Source: an uncultured Methanosarcinales archaeon
GTDB lineage: Archaea > Nanobdellota > Nanobdellia > Woesearchaeales > ARS49
Direction: 5' to 3'
Length of the DNA stretch: 64,000 nucleotides
NCBI GenBank assembly: GCA_964445485.1
Contig: CAYUPS010000002.1
Span: 102,055 to 166,054, forward strand
Part shown: positions 8,452-17,804 of the stretch, one piece after another
Layout of the letters: every line of letters starts with the position of its first letter
How positions within the stretch are numbered: position 1 is the first letter of the stretch
Made by a program: the position numbers and the translations under genes
The notes under the pieces: model-generated
Seen by the model: only the letters and a program-made list of their open reading frames with translations
What the model was told of the DNA's origin: nothing
The model's database searches: none

Positions 8452-9074
8452 TCGAGCGCAAGTTCGTCGCGGAGCAGGTCAAGGAATTCCAGATCGAGGA
8501 ATTCATCTCTGAATCGCTCAAGAACGTCGGCCACTCCCACACCAAGCTGCAGCGCACGCCGCTCGGCGAGAAGATCGTCATCTTCACCTCGCGCCCCGGC
8601 CTCGTCGTCGGCCGCAAGGGAGAGAACATCAAGAAGCTCACCAACACGCTCAAGAAGAAATTCGGCCTGGAGAACCCGCAGATAGAGATCTCCGAGGTCG
8701 AGAACCCCATGCTCGACGCGAACATTGTTGCGGAGAAGATCGCCTCCACGCTCGAGCGCTTCGGCATCCAGAAATTCAAGGCGGTCGGCCACAAGACGAT
8801 GACCGACGTCATGCGCTCAGGCGCACGCGGCGTCGAGATCCACGTCTCAGGCAAGGTCCCGAGCGCGCGGGCGAAGACCTGGCGCTTCTACGACGGCTAC
8901 CTCAAGAAGGCAGGCGACCTCGCAGTCAGCGTCGTGCGCCACGCCTACGCCACCGCCAAGCTCAAGTCAGGCATCATCGGCATCAGGGTCAGCATCGTCC
9001 CGCCGGACATGAAGCTCCCCGACGACATCGAACTGCGCAAGGCAGACACGCCCGCAGAGGTCAAACAGCCATGA
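8448..9074 (+). CDS. rps3: 30S ribosomal protein uS3
   Basis: KH domain RTPLG, RPGLVVGRKG. Confidence 0.97.
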   Translation: MIERKFVAEQVKEFQIEEFISESLKNVGHSHTKLQRTPLGEKIVIFTSRPGLVVGRKGENIKKLTNTLKKKFGLENPQIEISEVENPMLDANIVAEKIASTLERFGIQKFKAVGHKTMTDVMRSGARGVEIHVSGKVPSARAKTWRFYDGYLKKAGDLAVSVVRHAYATAKLKSGIIGIRVSIVPPDMKLPDDIELRKADTPAEVKQP

Positions 9075-9292
9075 AGATCAAGGAATTGCGAGGCATGGGC
9101 GACGCCGCCCTCAAGGAGAAGCTCCTCGAGCTCCGCAAGGACCTGGCCAAGGACAACGCGCAGGTCGCCGTCGGCACCACGCCCAAAAGCCCGGGCAGGC
9201 TCCGCCAGACCAAGAAGACCATCGCCCGCATACTCACCATCATCCACACACGAACCGGCACCACGCCGGCAGAGGTGCCTGTAAAGGCATGA
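9071..9292 (+). CDS. rpl29: 50S ribosomal protein uL29
   Basis: KELR...KKTIARILT. Confidence 0.93.
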   Translation: MKIKELRGMGDAALKEKLLELRKDLAKDNAQVAVGTTPKSPGRLRQTKKTIARILTIIHTRTGTTPAEVPVKA

Positions 9293-9594
9293 CTGTCTGC
9301 GTCAAATGCGGCCTCCCGGCCGACCTGTGCGTGTGTGAATCCATCGCGAAGGAAACACAAAAAATCAGAGTCGCGGTGGAGCAGAGGAAATTCCACAAGA
9401 AATACACAACCGTCCGTGGTATCGACGAGAAGGAGATCAATCTCGTCGCCCTCGGAAAGGAGCTGAAAGCGAAGCTCGCTTGTGGAGGCACAGTCAAAGA
9501 CAACACGATCGAGCTCCAAGGCGATCACAAGCTGCGGGTCAAGGCCCTGCTGCTCCAGATGGGATTCGCCCCCGAGACGATCGTGGTGGAATAA
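9289..9594 (+). CDS. sui1: Translation initiation factor aIF-1 (SUI1)
   Basis: CGLPADLCVCE, KLACGGTVK, IELQGDH. Confidence 0.95.
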   Translation: MTVCVKCGLPADLCVCESIAKETQKIRVAVEQRKFHKKYTTVRGIDEKEINLVALGKELKAKLACGGTVKDNTIELQGDHKLRVKALLLQMGFAPETIVVE

Positions 9595-9617
9595 CGATCA
9601 AGAGGAACACAACGACA

Positions 9618-9983
9618 ATGGCAACGCACATCGCGAAGGGAACCAAGGGCCTCATCGGCCGCGGCCGCATCTTCGTCGGCACAGTCATCGAGACGAAGAT
9701 GGCGAAGACCGCGACGGTCGAGTGGGACCGCCGCAAGTCCCTGCCCAAGTATGAACGGTACGAGAAGCGCCGCACGACCGTCAAGGCGCACATCCCCGAC
9801 GAGATGAAAGTCCACAAGGGCGACATCGTCAGCATCATGGAGTGCCGCCCCATCAGCAAGACCAAGAAGTTCATCGTCACAGAGGTCAAAGGCAAGGAGA
9901 GGCTGTTCGCGGAGCGCGAGATGCGCCGCGAGGAGTCCAAGGTCAAAGGCAAGGAAGCCGAGACCGACGAGGTGGCCGCATGA
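9618..9983 (+). CDS. rps17: 30S ribosomal protein uS17
   Basis: RGRIFVGTV, PKYERYEKR, ECRPISKTK. Confidence 0.95.
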   Translation: MATHIAKGTKGLIGRGRIFVGTVIETKMAKTATVEWDRRKSLPKYERYEKRRTTVKAHIPDEMKVHKGDIVSIMECRPISKTKKFIVTEVKGKERLFAEREMRREESKVKGKEAETDEVAA

Positions 9984-10381
9984 AGGGAGTCAGAGCGAAC
10001 CTTGTCAGGTCGTTGCCTCACGGCGCGATCATCGAAGGCGCGGACAACAGCGGCGCCCGCAAGCTCAAGGTCATCAGCGTCAAGAACTACAAGGGCCGCC
10101 GCGGCCGCTACGCCTCAGCGGGCGTTGGCGACCTCATCGCGGCATCCGTGGTCGACGGCAAACCCGACATGCGCAAGCAGGTCGTCGAAGCAGTCATCAT
10201 CCGCCAGAAGAAGGAATACCGCCGCAGCGACGGCATGCGCATCAAGTTCGAGGACAACGCAGCCGTGCTCATCAAGGATGAGCTCGGCAACCCCAAGGGA
10301 ACCCTTGTCAAGGGGCCCATGGCAAAGGAAGCCGCCGAGCGCTACCCGCTCGTCGCCAAGATCTCGAAGATGATCGTCTGA
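9980..10381 (+). CDS. rpl14: 50S ribosomal protein uL14
   Basis: ADNSGAR, FEDNAAV. Confidence 0.97.
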   Translation: MKGVRANLVRSLPHGAIIEGADNSGARKLKVISVKNYKGRRGRYASAGVGDLIAASVVDGKPDMRKQVVEAVIIRQKKEYRRSDGMRIKFEDNAAVLIKDELGNPKGTLVKGPMAKEAAERYPLVAKISKMIV

Positions 10382-10391
10382 GGAATCACCC

Positions 10392-10793
10392 ATGACACGC
10401 AACTGGACACAAAGCTGGAAGGCGAGCAGGCAGCCGCGCAAGCAGCATGCCTTCGTCGCCAAGGCGCCGCTGCACGTGCGCAGCGCCATGGTCGGCAGCC
10501 ACCTGAGCAAGGAGCTCCGCCAGAAGCACAAGACCCGCTCGATGCGTGTCCGCAAAGGCGACAAGGTCAAGGTCCAGACAGGCCAGTTCAAGGGCAAGAG
10601 CGGTGCCGTCGAGAGCGTCGACACCCGCAACGCCATGGTCTACATCACGGGCATCGAGAGCGTCCGCAAGGACGGCACCAAGGCCATGCGCCCCATCCAC
10701 CCGTCCAACCTGCTGATCACCGAGCTCGCCGCGGACAAACGCCGCATGGCAGAGCACGCACAACCTAAGGAGAATAAGGAGAAGAAACAATGA
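10392..10793 (+). CDS. rpl24: 50S ribosomal protein uL24
   Basis: SRQPRKQ, VRKGDKVKV, PIHPSNL. Confidence 0.95.
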   Translation: MTRNWTQSWKASRQPRKQHAFVAKAPLHVRSAMVGSHLSKELRQKHKTRSMRVRKGDKVKVQTGQFKGKSGAVESVDTRNAMVYITGIESVRKDGTKAMRPIHPSNLLITELAADKRRMAEHAQPKENKEKKQ

Positions 10794-11479
10794 GCCACTC
10801 CCACTTGAAGCGCATGGTCGTCCCGACCACCTGGCCGGGCATCCTCCGCAAGGAGAACAAGTATGTCATCCGCCCCACGCCCGGCACGCACAGCATCGAG
10901 ATGGCCATGCCGCTCGCGCTCTGGATGCGCCACCTCGGCCATGCCAAGACCCAGCGAGAGATCAGGCAAATCCTCCTCCACTCGGATGTGCGCGTCGACG
11001 GCCGCCGCGTCAAGGACCCCGGCTTCCCCGTCGGCTACATGGACTCTCTCGCATTCGCGGACAGCAAGCAGGCATACCGCGTTCACCTTGACAAGATGGG
11101 ACGCCTCGCCCTCACGCCGATCAAGCAGGATGCTGCCGGCAAGAAACCCTGCCGCGTCACCGCAAAACGCGTGATCAGAGGCTGCGTGTTCCAAGTCAGC
11201 TTCCAGGACGGCAGGACCGTCCGCCTCGAGAAGGCCAAGGCAACGATGGCCATCGGCGACACAGTCATCCTCGCGGTGCCCGGCAACGCCATCGGCACTC
11301 ATCTCCCCCTCAAGAAGGGCGCGCACATCACGCTCATCGGCGGCAAGCACGTCGGCGACAGCGGCACGCTGGTCGAGATCAGCGGCGGCAAGATCGTCTA
11401 TGACAGCGAGACCGCCAAAGAGAAGATCGAGACACTCAAACAATACGCATACGTCCTGCCGAAGGACGAGAAAGCATGA
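10790..11479 (+). CDS. rps4e: 30S ribosomal protein eS4
   Basis: HLKR..PTTW, VDGRRVKDPGFPVGYMD. Confidence 0.95.
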   Translation: MSHSHLKRMVVPTTWPGILRKENKYVIRPTPGTHSIEMAMPLALWMRHLGHAKTQREIRQILLHSDVRVDGRRVKDPGFPVGYMDSLAFADSKQAYRVHLDKMGRLALTPIKQDAAGKKPCRVTAKRVIRGCVFQVSFQDGRTVRLEKAKATMAIGDTVILAVPGNAIGTHLPLKKGAHITLIGGKHVGDSGTLVEISGGKIVYDSETAKEKIETLKQYAYVLPKDEKA

Positions 11480-11991
11480 ACCCGATGAAGACTGTGCGGA
11501 TCGAGAAGCTCACGCTGAACATCGGCGCGGGCAAGGAGCCGGTCAGGCTCGAGAAAGGCGTCGCGCTGCTCAAGCGCATCACCGGCATCGAACCCCAGAA
11601 GACCGTCACGCAGAAGCGCATCCCGTCATGGGGTGTCCGTCCCGGCCTGCCCATCGGCTGCCGCCTCACGCTCCGCAAGGACAAGGCGCTCGAGCTCATC
11701 AAACGCCTGCTCGCCGCCAAGGACAACAAGCTCAAGATGAGCCAGATCGACAGCCTGGGCAACATCAGCTTCGGCATCCACGAGTACATCGACATCCCCG
11801 GCGTCGAGTACGACCCGGGCATCGGTGTCATGGGCCTCCAAGTATGCATCACACTCGAGCGTCCCGGCTACCGCGTCAAGCGCAGGCACATCCGCCCCGG
11901 CAGCATGCACAAGAGCCACTTGGTCACTCGCGAGGATGCCATCAAGTTCATGGAGAAGGAATTCAAGATCACCGTGGGTGAGAGCGCATGA
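11476..11991 (+). CDS. rpl5: 50S ribosomal protein uL5
   Basis: [30 protein letters not shown]. Confidence 0.97.
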   Translation: MNPMKTVRIEKLTLNIGAGKEPVRLEKGVALLKRITGIEPQKTVTQKRIPSWGVRPGLPIGCRLTLRKDKALELIKRLLAAKDNKLKMSQIDSLGNISFGIHEYIDIPGVEYDPGIGVMGLQVCITLERPGYRVKRRHIRPGSMHKSHLVTREDAIKFMEKEFKITVGESA

Positions 11992-12218
11992 CGACAAAGG
12001 ACTGGCAGAAGATGCTCAAACAGCTCAAGCGCAAGCCTGCCACGATGAAGAAGTACCTGAAGCACAACTCGGCGAAGAAACGCACGACAGGCCTGAACCT
12101 GCAGCCGTGCATCCGCTGCGGCCGCAAGGGCGGGCACATCAGCAAGTACGGCCTGCACCTGTGCCGCACCTGCTTCCGCGACATCGCGCCGGAGATCGGC
12201 TTCAAGAAATACGGCTGA
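11988..12218 (+). CDS. rps14: 30S ribosomal protein uS14 (N-terminally extended)
   Basis: CIRCG...[19 protein letters not shown]. Confidence 0.95.
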   Translation: MTTKDWQKMLKQLKRKPATMKKYLKHNSAKKRTTGLNLQPCIRCGRKGGHISKYGLHLCRTCFRDIAPEIGFKKYG

Positions 12219-12228
12219 GGAATACACA

Positions 12229-12618
12229 ATGCTTAACGACACCATCGCAAACGCACTGTCGGTCATCGCCAAGAGCGAGTCTCTCGGCAGGCCGAACTGC
12301 ACGGTCACGCCTACGAACCGCGTGCTCGGCGGCGTGCTCCGCATCCTCAACGAGGAAGGCTACTGCGGCGCGGCCGAAGAGGTCACCGCGGCACGCGGCG
12401 GCGCGACCAAGATCAACCTGCTCGGCACCATCAACAGCATCGGCGTCATCAAACCGCGCTTCGCCGTGAAATGGGACGGCTTCGAGAGATTCGAGAAGAG
12501 GTTCCTGCCGGCCAAAGCGCTCGGCGTGCTCATCGTCTCGACATCCGAAGGCCTCATGACCCACACGCAGGCCAAGAAGAAGAAAATCGGAGGCAGGCTC
12601 ATTGCCTATTGCTACTGA
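12229..12618 (+). CDS. rps8: 30S ribosomal protein uS8
   Basis: DTIANALS, IKPRF, VSTSEGLMTH, GGRLIAY. Confidence 0.97.
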   Translation: MLNDTIANALSVIAKSESLGRPNCTVTPTNRVLGGVLRILNEEGYCGAAEEVTAARGGATKINLLGTINSIGVIKPRFAVKWDGFERFEKRFLPAKALGVLIVSTSEGLMTHTQAKKKKIGGRLIAYCY

Positions 12619-12620
12619 CC

Positions 12621-13166
12621 ATGAAACCCACAATGAACGAGACCGTCAAGGCGCCTGAAGGAGTGACTTTCAGCGCGGCAGGTCGCGTCGTCACGGCCAA
12701 AGGACCCAAAGGAGAGGCGAGCTACAACTGCATCAGCCCTCTCGTGACGGTCAAGGTCGAGGCAGGCCAGGTCACGTTCAGCGCACCGAACGCGAGCAAA
12801 CGCGAGAAGGCGCTCATCTTCAGCTATGCCGCGCACGTGCGCAACATGATCCGCGGCGTCCAGAAACCCTACGCGTACATCCTCAAGATCTGCAGCAGCC
12901 ACTTCCCGATGAATGTGGCCGTCGCAGGCAAGACAATGTCTGTCAAGAACTTCCTCGGAGAGAAAGTGCCCCGCGTCGCCACATTCCCCGATGGCGTGAC
13001 CGTCAAGGTCGAAGGCGACAGGATCCGTGTCGAGAGCTCAAGCAAGGAGCTGGCGGGCCGTGTCGCGGGCCGCATCGAGCTGCTCACCGCGGTCGCCAAC
13101 CGTGACAGGCGCATCTTCCAGGACGGCATCTACCTGATCGAGAAAGACGGCGAGGCTATCGCATGA
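12621..13166 (+). CDS. rpl6: 50S ribosomal protein uL6
   Basis: SHFPM, KNFLGEK, DRRIFQDGIY. Confidence 0.97.
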   Translation: MKPTMNETVKAPEGVTFSAAGRVVTAKGPKGEASYNCISPLVTVKVEAGQVTFSAPNASKREKALIFSYAAHVRNMIRGVQKPYAYILKICSSHFPMNVAVAGKTMSVKNFLGEKVPRVATFPDGVTVKVEGDRIRVESSSKELAGRVAGRIELLTAVANRDRRIFQDGIYLIEKDGEAIA

Positions 13167-13708
13167 CGACCGACACTATCAAGAGGCTCCTTGAGCACCG
13201 CAAGCGCTCCAAGGCCAAGAAACCCTACTTCATCAGGCAGGACCACCTCAAGCACAAACGCAGGGTGGGCGAGTCTTGGCGCAAGCCAAAGGGTCTCCAG
13301 AGCAAGGTCAAGCTCCGCAAGGCAGGACATGAGAGCATGCCCGAGCCCGGATGGGGCACGCCCGCTCTCGTGCGCCACCTCACGAGCGACGGCCTCATGC
13401 CGATCGTCGTGCACCGCCCCGAGGATCTCGCGCTGCTGAACAAAACGCAGCACGGCGCAGTCATCGGATCTTCTGTCGGTATGCGCAAGCGCGTCGCCAT
13501 CATCGAGGCCGCGCAGAAGGCAGGCATCACCATCACCAACCTCAAGGATCCGAAGAGCGTCGTCGAGATGGCGAAGAAGGACCTCGCGGACCGCAAGGCT
13601 GCCCGCAGCGCTGCCGCTGCGAAGAAGACCCGCAGCGAGACAGAGAAGAAGGCGGCGGCTCCCGCAGAGAAGAAAGAGCCCGCCAAAGAGAAGGTGCAAG
13701 CCCCATGA
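13163..13708 (+). CDS. rpl32e: 50S ribosomal protein eL32
   Basis: KPYFIRQD, WRKPKGLQSK; Lys/Ala-rich C-tail. Confidence 0.95.
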   Translation: MTTDTIKRLLEHRKRSKAKKPYFIRQDHLKHKRRVGESWRKPKGLQSKVKLRKAGHESMPEPGWGTPALVRHLTSDGLMPIVVHRPEDLALLNKTQHGAVIGSSVGMRKRVAIIEAAQKAGITITNLKDPKSVVEMAKKDLADRKAARSAAAAKKTRSETEKKAAAPAEKKEPAKEKVQAP

Positions 13709-14154
13709 TGCTCCAGAAGAAACTCGCAGCCCGCGCAGCAGGATGCAGCCCGTACCGCGTGCGCTTTGATGTGGCCCAGATGGACTCGATCAAGGAGGCC
13801 ATCACGACGTTCGACGTGCGCCGTCTCATCAACACCGGCGCGATCACCATCCTCCCGAAGACAGGCACTGCCCGCGGACGCCATCGCGTCGTGCAGGGCC
13901 AGCGCCGCAAGGGACGCCGCCGCAACATGGGCAGCCGCAAAGGCCGCAAGACCGCGAGGACGCCCGGCAAGGAGGCCTGGATGATGCGCATCCGCGCCCA
14001 GCGCGAGATGCTCCGCGAACTCCGCGAAAAGAGCCTGATCAGCAACGGGACATACCGAACAATGTATGACAAGGCGCGCGGTGGGTTCTTCCGCAGCCGC
14101 CGCCACCTGAAAGTCTACCTCGAGGAACAGGACCTGTTCCGGACGAAACAATGA
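13705..14154 (+). CDS. rpl19e: 50S ribosomal protein eL19
   Basis: QKKLAAR, GSRKG, WMMRIRAQR. Confidence 0.95.
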   Translation: MMLQKKLAARAAGCSPYRVRFDVAQMDSIKEAITTFDVRRLINTGAITILPKTGTARGRHRVVQGQRRKGRRRNMGSRKGRKTARTPGKEAWMMRIRAQREMLRELREKSLISNGTYRTMYDKARGGFFRSRRHLKVYLEEQDLFRTKQ

Positions 14155-14738
14155 GCAGCAGCACACGATACACAGTCAGATACCGCCGCAAGCGCGAAGG
14201 CAGGACAGACTACAAGAGCCGCAAGGCGCTCCTCTCCAGCCACAAGCCCCGCGTCGTCATCCGCCGATCGCTCAAGCACATCTGGCTCCAGATCGCGGAC
14301 TACGGCACGAGCGGCGACAAGGTCCATGTCATGGCGCACAGCCGTGAACTGGCCAAGTACGGCTGGAAGGCAAGCACGAGCGGCATCCCTGCCGCGTACC
14401 TGACCGGCATGCTGCTGGCCAAGAAGGCAGCCGCGAAAGGCCTCAAGGAAGCCATCGCGGACATCGGCCTGCAGATCAGCGTCCGCGGCAGCGTCCTCTA
14501 CGCGGCCGTCAAGGGCGTGCAGGACGGAGGCGTCAGCGTCCCCTGCGATGCGGCCATCCAGCCAGACGCGAAGCGCATCAACGGCGAGCACGTCGCGGCG
14601 TACGCCGAGCAGCTCAAGAAGGCTGACCCGAAGAAGTACGCGGCGCAGTTCTCCCTCATGATCAAGAACGGCATCGCCCCCGAGGCGCTGCCCAAGCATT
14701 TCACCGATGTCAAGAAGAAGATCGAGGCATTCAAATGA
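14151..14738 (+). CDS. rpl18: 50S ribosomal protein uL18
   Basis: RRKREGRTDY, PAAYLTG. Confidence 0.96.
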   Translation: MSSSTRYTVRYRRKREGRTDYKSRKALLSSHKPRVVIRRSLKHIWLQIADYGTSGDKVHVMAHSRELAKYGWKASTSGIPAAYLTGMLLAKKAAAKGLKEAIADIGLQISVRGSVLYAAVKGVQDGGVSVPCDAAIQPDAKRINGEHVAAYAEQLKKADPKKYAAQFSLMIKNGIAPEALPKHFTDVKKKIEAFK

Positions 14739-15583
14739 GCGAGACAGAGACACCAGCCAAAGCACCCGTCCCCGCGACAGAAGGCACGGACGAGGAGAAG
14801 ATCGAGGTCGAGAAGGAAGTCATCGAGCCCGTCCCCGATGAGGAGACGCTCGTGAAGGAAGAGCTCAAGGAACAGGTCGACCTCTCATCCTGGACCCCGC
14901 GCACGGCGCTTGGCGCCAAAGTCAAAGGCAGGCAGCTCACCGACATCGACGCCATACTCGATGCAGGCATGCCCATCCTCGAGGCAGAGATCGTCGACGC
15001 GCTCCTGCCCGGACTGCAGAGCGATCTCCTGATGATCGGCCAGAGCCGAGGTAAGTTCGGCGGCGGCCAGCGGCGCATCTTCAAGCAGACGCAGAAGAAG
15101 ACCATGGAAGGCAACAAGCCCAGCTTCAGCTGCTATGCGATCGTCGGCAACGGCGATGGCTATCTCGGCGGCGGCATGGGCAAGAGCAAGGACACCGTGC
15201 CCGCGAGGGAGAAGGCCGTCCGCACTGCCAAGCGCAATATCTTCAAGATCCGCCGCGGCTGCGGCTCGTGGGAGTGCGGCTGCAAGACGCCCCACAGCAT
15301 CCCGTTCAAGGTCACCGGCAAGTGCGGCTCGGTCCGCATCGAGCTGATGCCCGCGCCCAAGGGCAAGGGCCTTGTCGTCGAGAAGGAGTGCGCGAAGATC
15401 CTGCGCCTCGCAGGCATCAAGGATGTCTGGTCCGTCACGCGCGGCCAGACCGGCCAGAAGCACAATCTCGTCACGGCATGCCTCAACGCGCTCAAGCAGC
15501 TCATGCAGGTCAAGATGAGGCATGATGCGATTGCGCAGCTCGGCGCGATCAGCGGCAAGATCACTGCGGAGGCCAAGCAATGA
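14735..15583 (+). CDS. rps5: 30S ribosomal protein uS5
   Basis: WTPRTALG, RRGCGSWEC, PAPKGKGL. Confidence 0.96.
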   Translation: MSETETPAKAPVPATEGTDEEKIEVEKEVIEPVPDEETLVKEELKEQVDLSSWTPRTALGAKVKGRQLTDIDAILDAGMPILEAEIVDALLPGLQSDLLMIGQSRGKFGGGQRRIFKQTQKKTMEGNKPSFSCYAIVGNGDGYLGGGMGKSKDTVPAREKAVRTAKRNIFKIRRGCGSWECGCKTPHSIPFKVTGKCGSVRIELMPAPKGKGLVVEKECAKILRLAGIKDVWSVTRGQTGQKHNLVTACLNALKQLMQVKMRHDAIAQLGAISGKITAEAKQ

Positions 15584-15927
15584 GCAAGCTCGTCATCGTC
15601 CGCGTCCGCGGCGACCTCCACCACAGCGCCACCGAGAGGGGCACTCTCCTGACGCTCAAGCTCGTCAAGAAGAACCACGCGACCATCCGCGAGGAGACTC
15701 CCAGCATCAAGGGCATGCTGCACACGATGCAGAGCGTCCTGACATGGGGTGAAGTCTCGGCAGATGTCGAGAAGAAGCTCGCTTCCCGCGGCAAGGGCGG
15801 CGTGTTCGCGCTCAACCCTCCCCGGGGCGGCTATGGCCGCAAGGGAGTCAAGGCTCGGTTCGACCGCGGCGGCGCCGTCGGTCCGCGGGGCCAGAAGATC
15901 AATGATCTTATCGAGAGGATGATGTAA
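15580..15927 (+). CDS. rpl30: 50S ribosomal protein uL30
   Basis: VRVRG, TWGE, LNPPRGG. Confidence 0.93.
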   Translation: MSKLVIVRVRGDLHHSATERGTLLTLKLVKKNHATIREETPSIKGMLHTMQSVLTWGEVSADVEKKLASRGKGGVFALNPPRGGYGRKGVKARFDRGGAVGPRGQKINDLIERMM

Positions 15928-15928
15928 G

Positions 15929-16366
15929 ATGCCAGTCAAGCACCGCACGAAGGTCCGCCGCTACCGCGGCTCCCGCACGCACGGTTGGGGCGTCCGCCAC
16001 CGAGGATCCGGCCAGCGCGGCGGCAGAGGCAATGCAGGCTCCGGCAAGAGGGCAGACTGCCAGAAGCCGTCCCACTGGGAGCGCGTCTTCGGCCGCAACG
16101 GCTTCAAGATGCACGGCAATACCATCGTCGACATCACGATCAACCTGCACGAGGTGGATGCCCGCGCCGATGCGTGGATCGCCGCCAAGCAGGCGAGCGC
16201 GGAGGGAGGCGTCATCACCGTCGACCTCAGCAAGCTCGGCTACACCAAGCTTCTCGGCACGGGAAGGATCACTCGCAAGATGAACATCAGCGTCAAGCGC
16301 GCGGCCGCGAGCTGCGCCGAGAAGGTCGCCGCCACCGGCGGCAAGCTGACTGTCGCTGCTGAGTAA
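15929..16366 (+). CDS. rpl15: 50S ribosomal protein uL15
   Basis: RGSRTHGWG, RGGRGNAG, KLLGTG. Confidence 0.96.
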   Translation: MPVKHRTKVRRYRGSRTHGWGVRHRGSGQRGGRGNAGSGKRADCQKPSHWERVFGRNGFKMHGNTIVDITINLHEVDARADAWIAAKQASAEGGVITVDLSKLGYTKLLGTGRITRKMNISVKRAAASCAEKVAATGGKLTVAAE

Positions 16367-17763
16367 TGCTCATGTCGTGGTTCCAAACCCTCATCAGCAA
16401 TCTTCCTGAGGTGGCTCCGCCCACCCAGCGCAAGCTGGGGTTCCGCGAGAAGCTCAAGTGGACGCTCATCATCCTCGTGATGTTCTTCGTCCTGGGCATC
16501 ATCCCCCTCTTCGGCATGGGGCAGAATGAGCTCCAACGGTTCGAGATCCTGTCCGTCATCTTGGGAGCGAGCTTCGGTTCCATCCTGAGCCTCGGTATCG
16601 GTCCGCTCGTCACGGCGAGCATCGTGCTGCAGCTGCTCAACGGCTCGGGCATCCTGCGATTCGACCTGACGAAGAAGGACCAGCGCGCGACATTCCAGGG
16701 CCTGCAGAAGCTCGGCGGCGTCTTCTTCGTCATCTTCGAGGCCTGCGTGTACGTGTTCATGTCGGGACTCGCCCCGCCTCCCGAGGTCGCGGGCACGTCG
16801 CTCTATTTCCAGCTGCAGCTCCTGATGGTGTTCCAGCTGTGCCTCGGCGGCATCCTCGTCATGTTCATGGATGAGGTCGTGAGCAAGTGGGGTTTCGGCT
16901 CGGGCATCTCTCTGTTCATCGCTGCAGGCGTGTCGCAGTCGCTGTTCATCCAGATGTTCTCGCCGCTGCCCGCGCCGAACAATCCCGAGATCGCGACAGG
17001 CGCCATCCCCGCATTCTTCCAGAGCCTTTCCGCGGGCGACCCGACGGGCGCGCTGCTGCTGGCCGGAAGCATCGCGACGACTGTCGCGGTCTTCGTGCTC
17101 GCGGTCTACTCGCAGGGCATGAAGGTCGAGATCCCGCTCTCGTTCGGCCGTATCCGCGGGCATGGCATCCGCTGGCCGCTGAGCTTCATGTACACCTCCA
17201 ATATCCCCGTCATCCTCGTCTCGGCGCTGTTCGCCAACGTGCAGCTGTGGGGTTCGCTGATGGCGAACTGGGGATACCCTCTTCTGGGCCAGTTCTCCGG
17301 CAACACGCCGGTGAGCGGTCTCGTCAACTACATCCAGCCGCCGAACCTCCTGCAGGCGCTCATCACGGGCACGCTCGCGCTCGATATGATCTGGCGCGCG
17401 GCGGTCTATATCTTTTTGCTGATTGTCGGCTGCGTCGTGTTCGGCTGGTTCTGGGTGCAGACTGCGGGCATGGATGCGCGCAGCCAGGCGAAGCAGATCA
17501 TGGCCTCCGGCCTGCAGATCCCCGGCTTCCGGCGCGATGAGCGGGTCCTGGAGCGCGTGCTCGACCGCTATGTGGGGCCGCTGACCATCATGGGCGCAAT
17601 CGCTGTCGGACTTCTCGCGGCGGTCGCCGACGTGTCTGGCGCGCTGGTGCACGGCACGAGCCTGCTGCTGTCGATCATGATCATCTACAAGCTCTATGAG
17701 GAGATCGCGCGGCAGCACATGATGGACATGAATCCGATGCTGCGCAAGTTCATGGGCGGATGA
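16366..17763 (+). CDS. secY: Protein translocase SecY
   Basis: LGIGPLVTASIVLQLL, KWGFGSGISLFI, YTSNIPVIL, IPGFRRD. Confidence 0.97.
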   Translation: MLMSWFQTLISNLPEVAPPTQRKLGFREKLKWTLIILVMFFVLGIIPLFGMGQNELQRFEILSVILGASFGSILSLGIGPLVTASIVLQLLNGSGILRFDLTKKDQRATFQGLQKLGGVFFVIFEACVYVFMSGLAPPPEVAGTSLYFQLQLLMVFQLCLGGILVMFMDEVVSKWGFGSGISLFIAAGVSQSLFIQMFSPLPAPNNPEIATGAIPAFFQSLSAGDPTGALLLAGSIATTVAVFVLAVYSQGMKVEIPLSFGRIRGHGIRWPLSFMYTSNIPVILVSALFANVQLWGSLMANWGYPLLGQFSGNTPVSGLVNYIQPPNLLQALITGTLALDMIWRAAVYIFLLIVGCVVFGWFWVQTAGMDARSQAKQIMASGLQIPGFRRDERVLERVLDRYVGPLTIMGAIAVGLLAAVADVSGALVHGTSLLLSIMIIYKLYEEIARQHMMDMNPMLRKFMGG

Positions 17764-17804
17764 GGCGAAAGATTTAACAACGCCGCCGAGCGGTGTGATT
17801 CTCT

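Noticed and set aside
16240..17718. 492-aa minus-strand ORF and many similar ORFs across the ribosomal operon
   Set aside because: Antisense or alternative-frame artefacts over well-identified genes.
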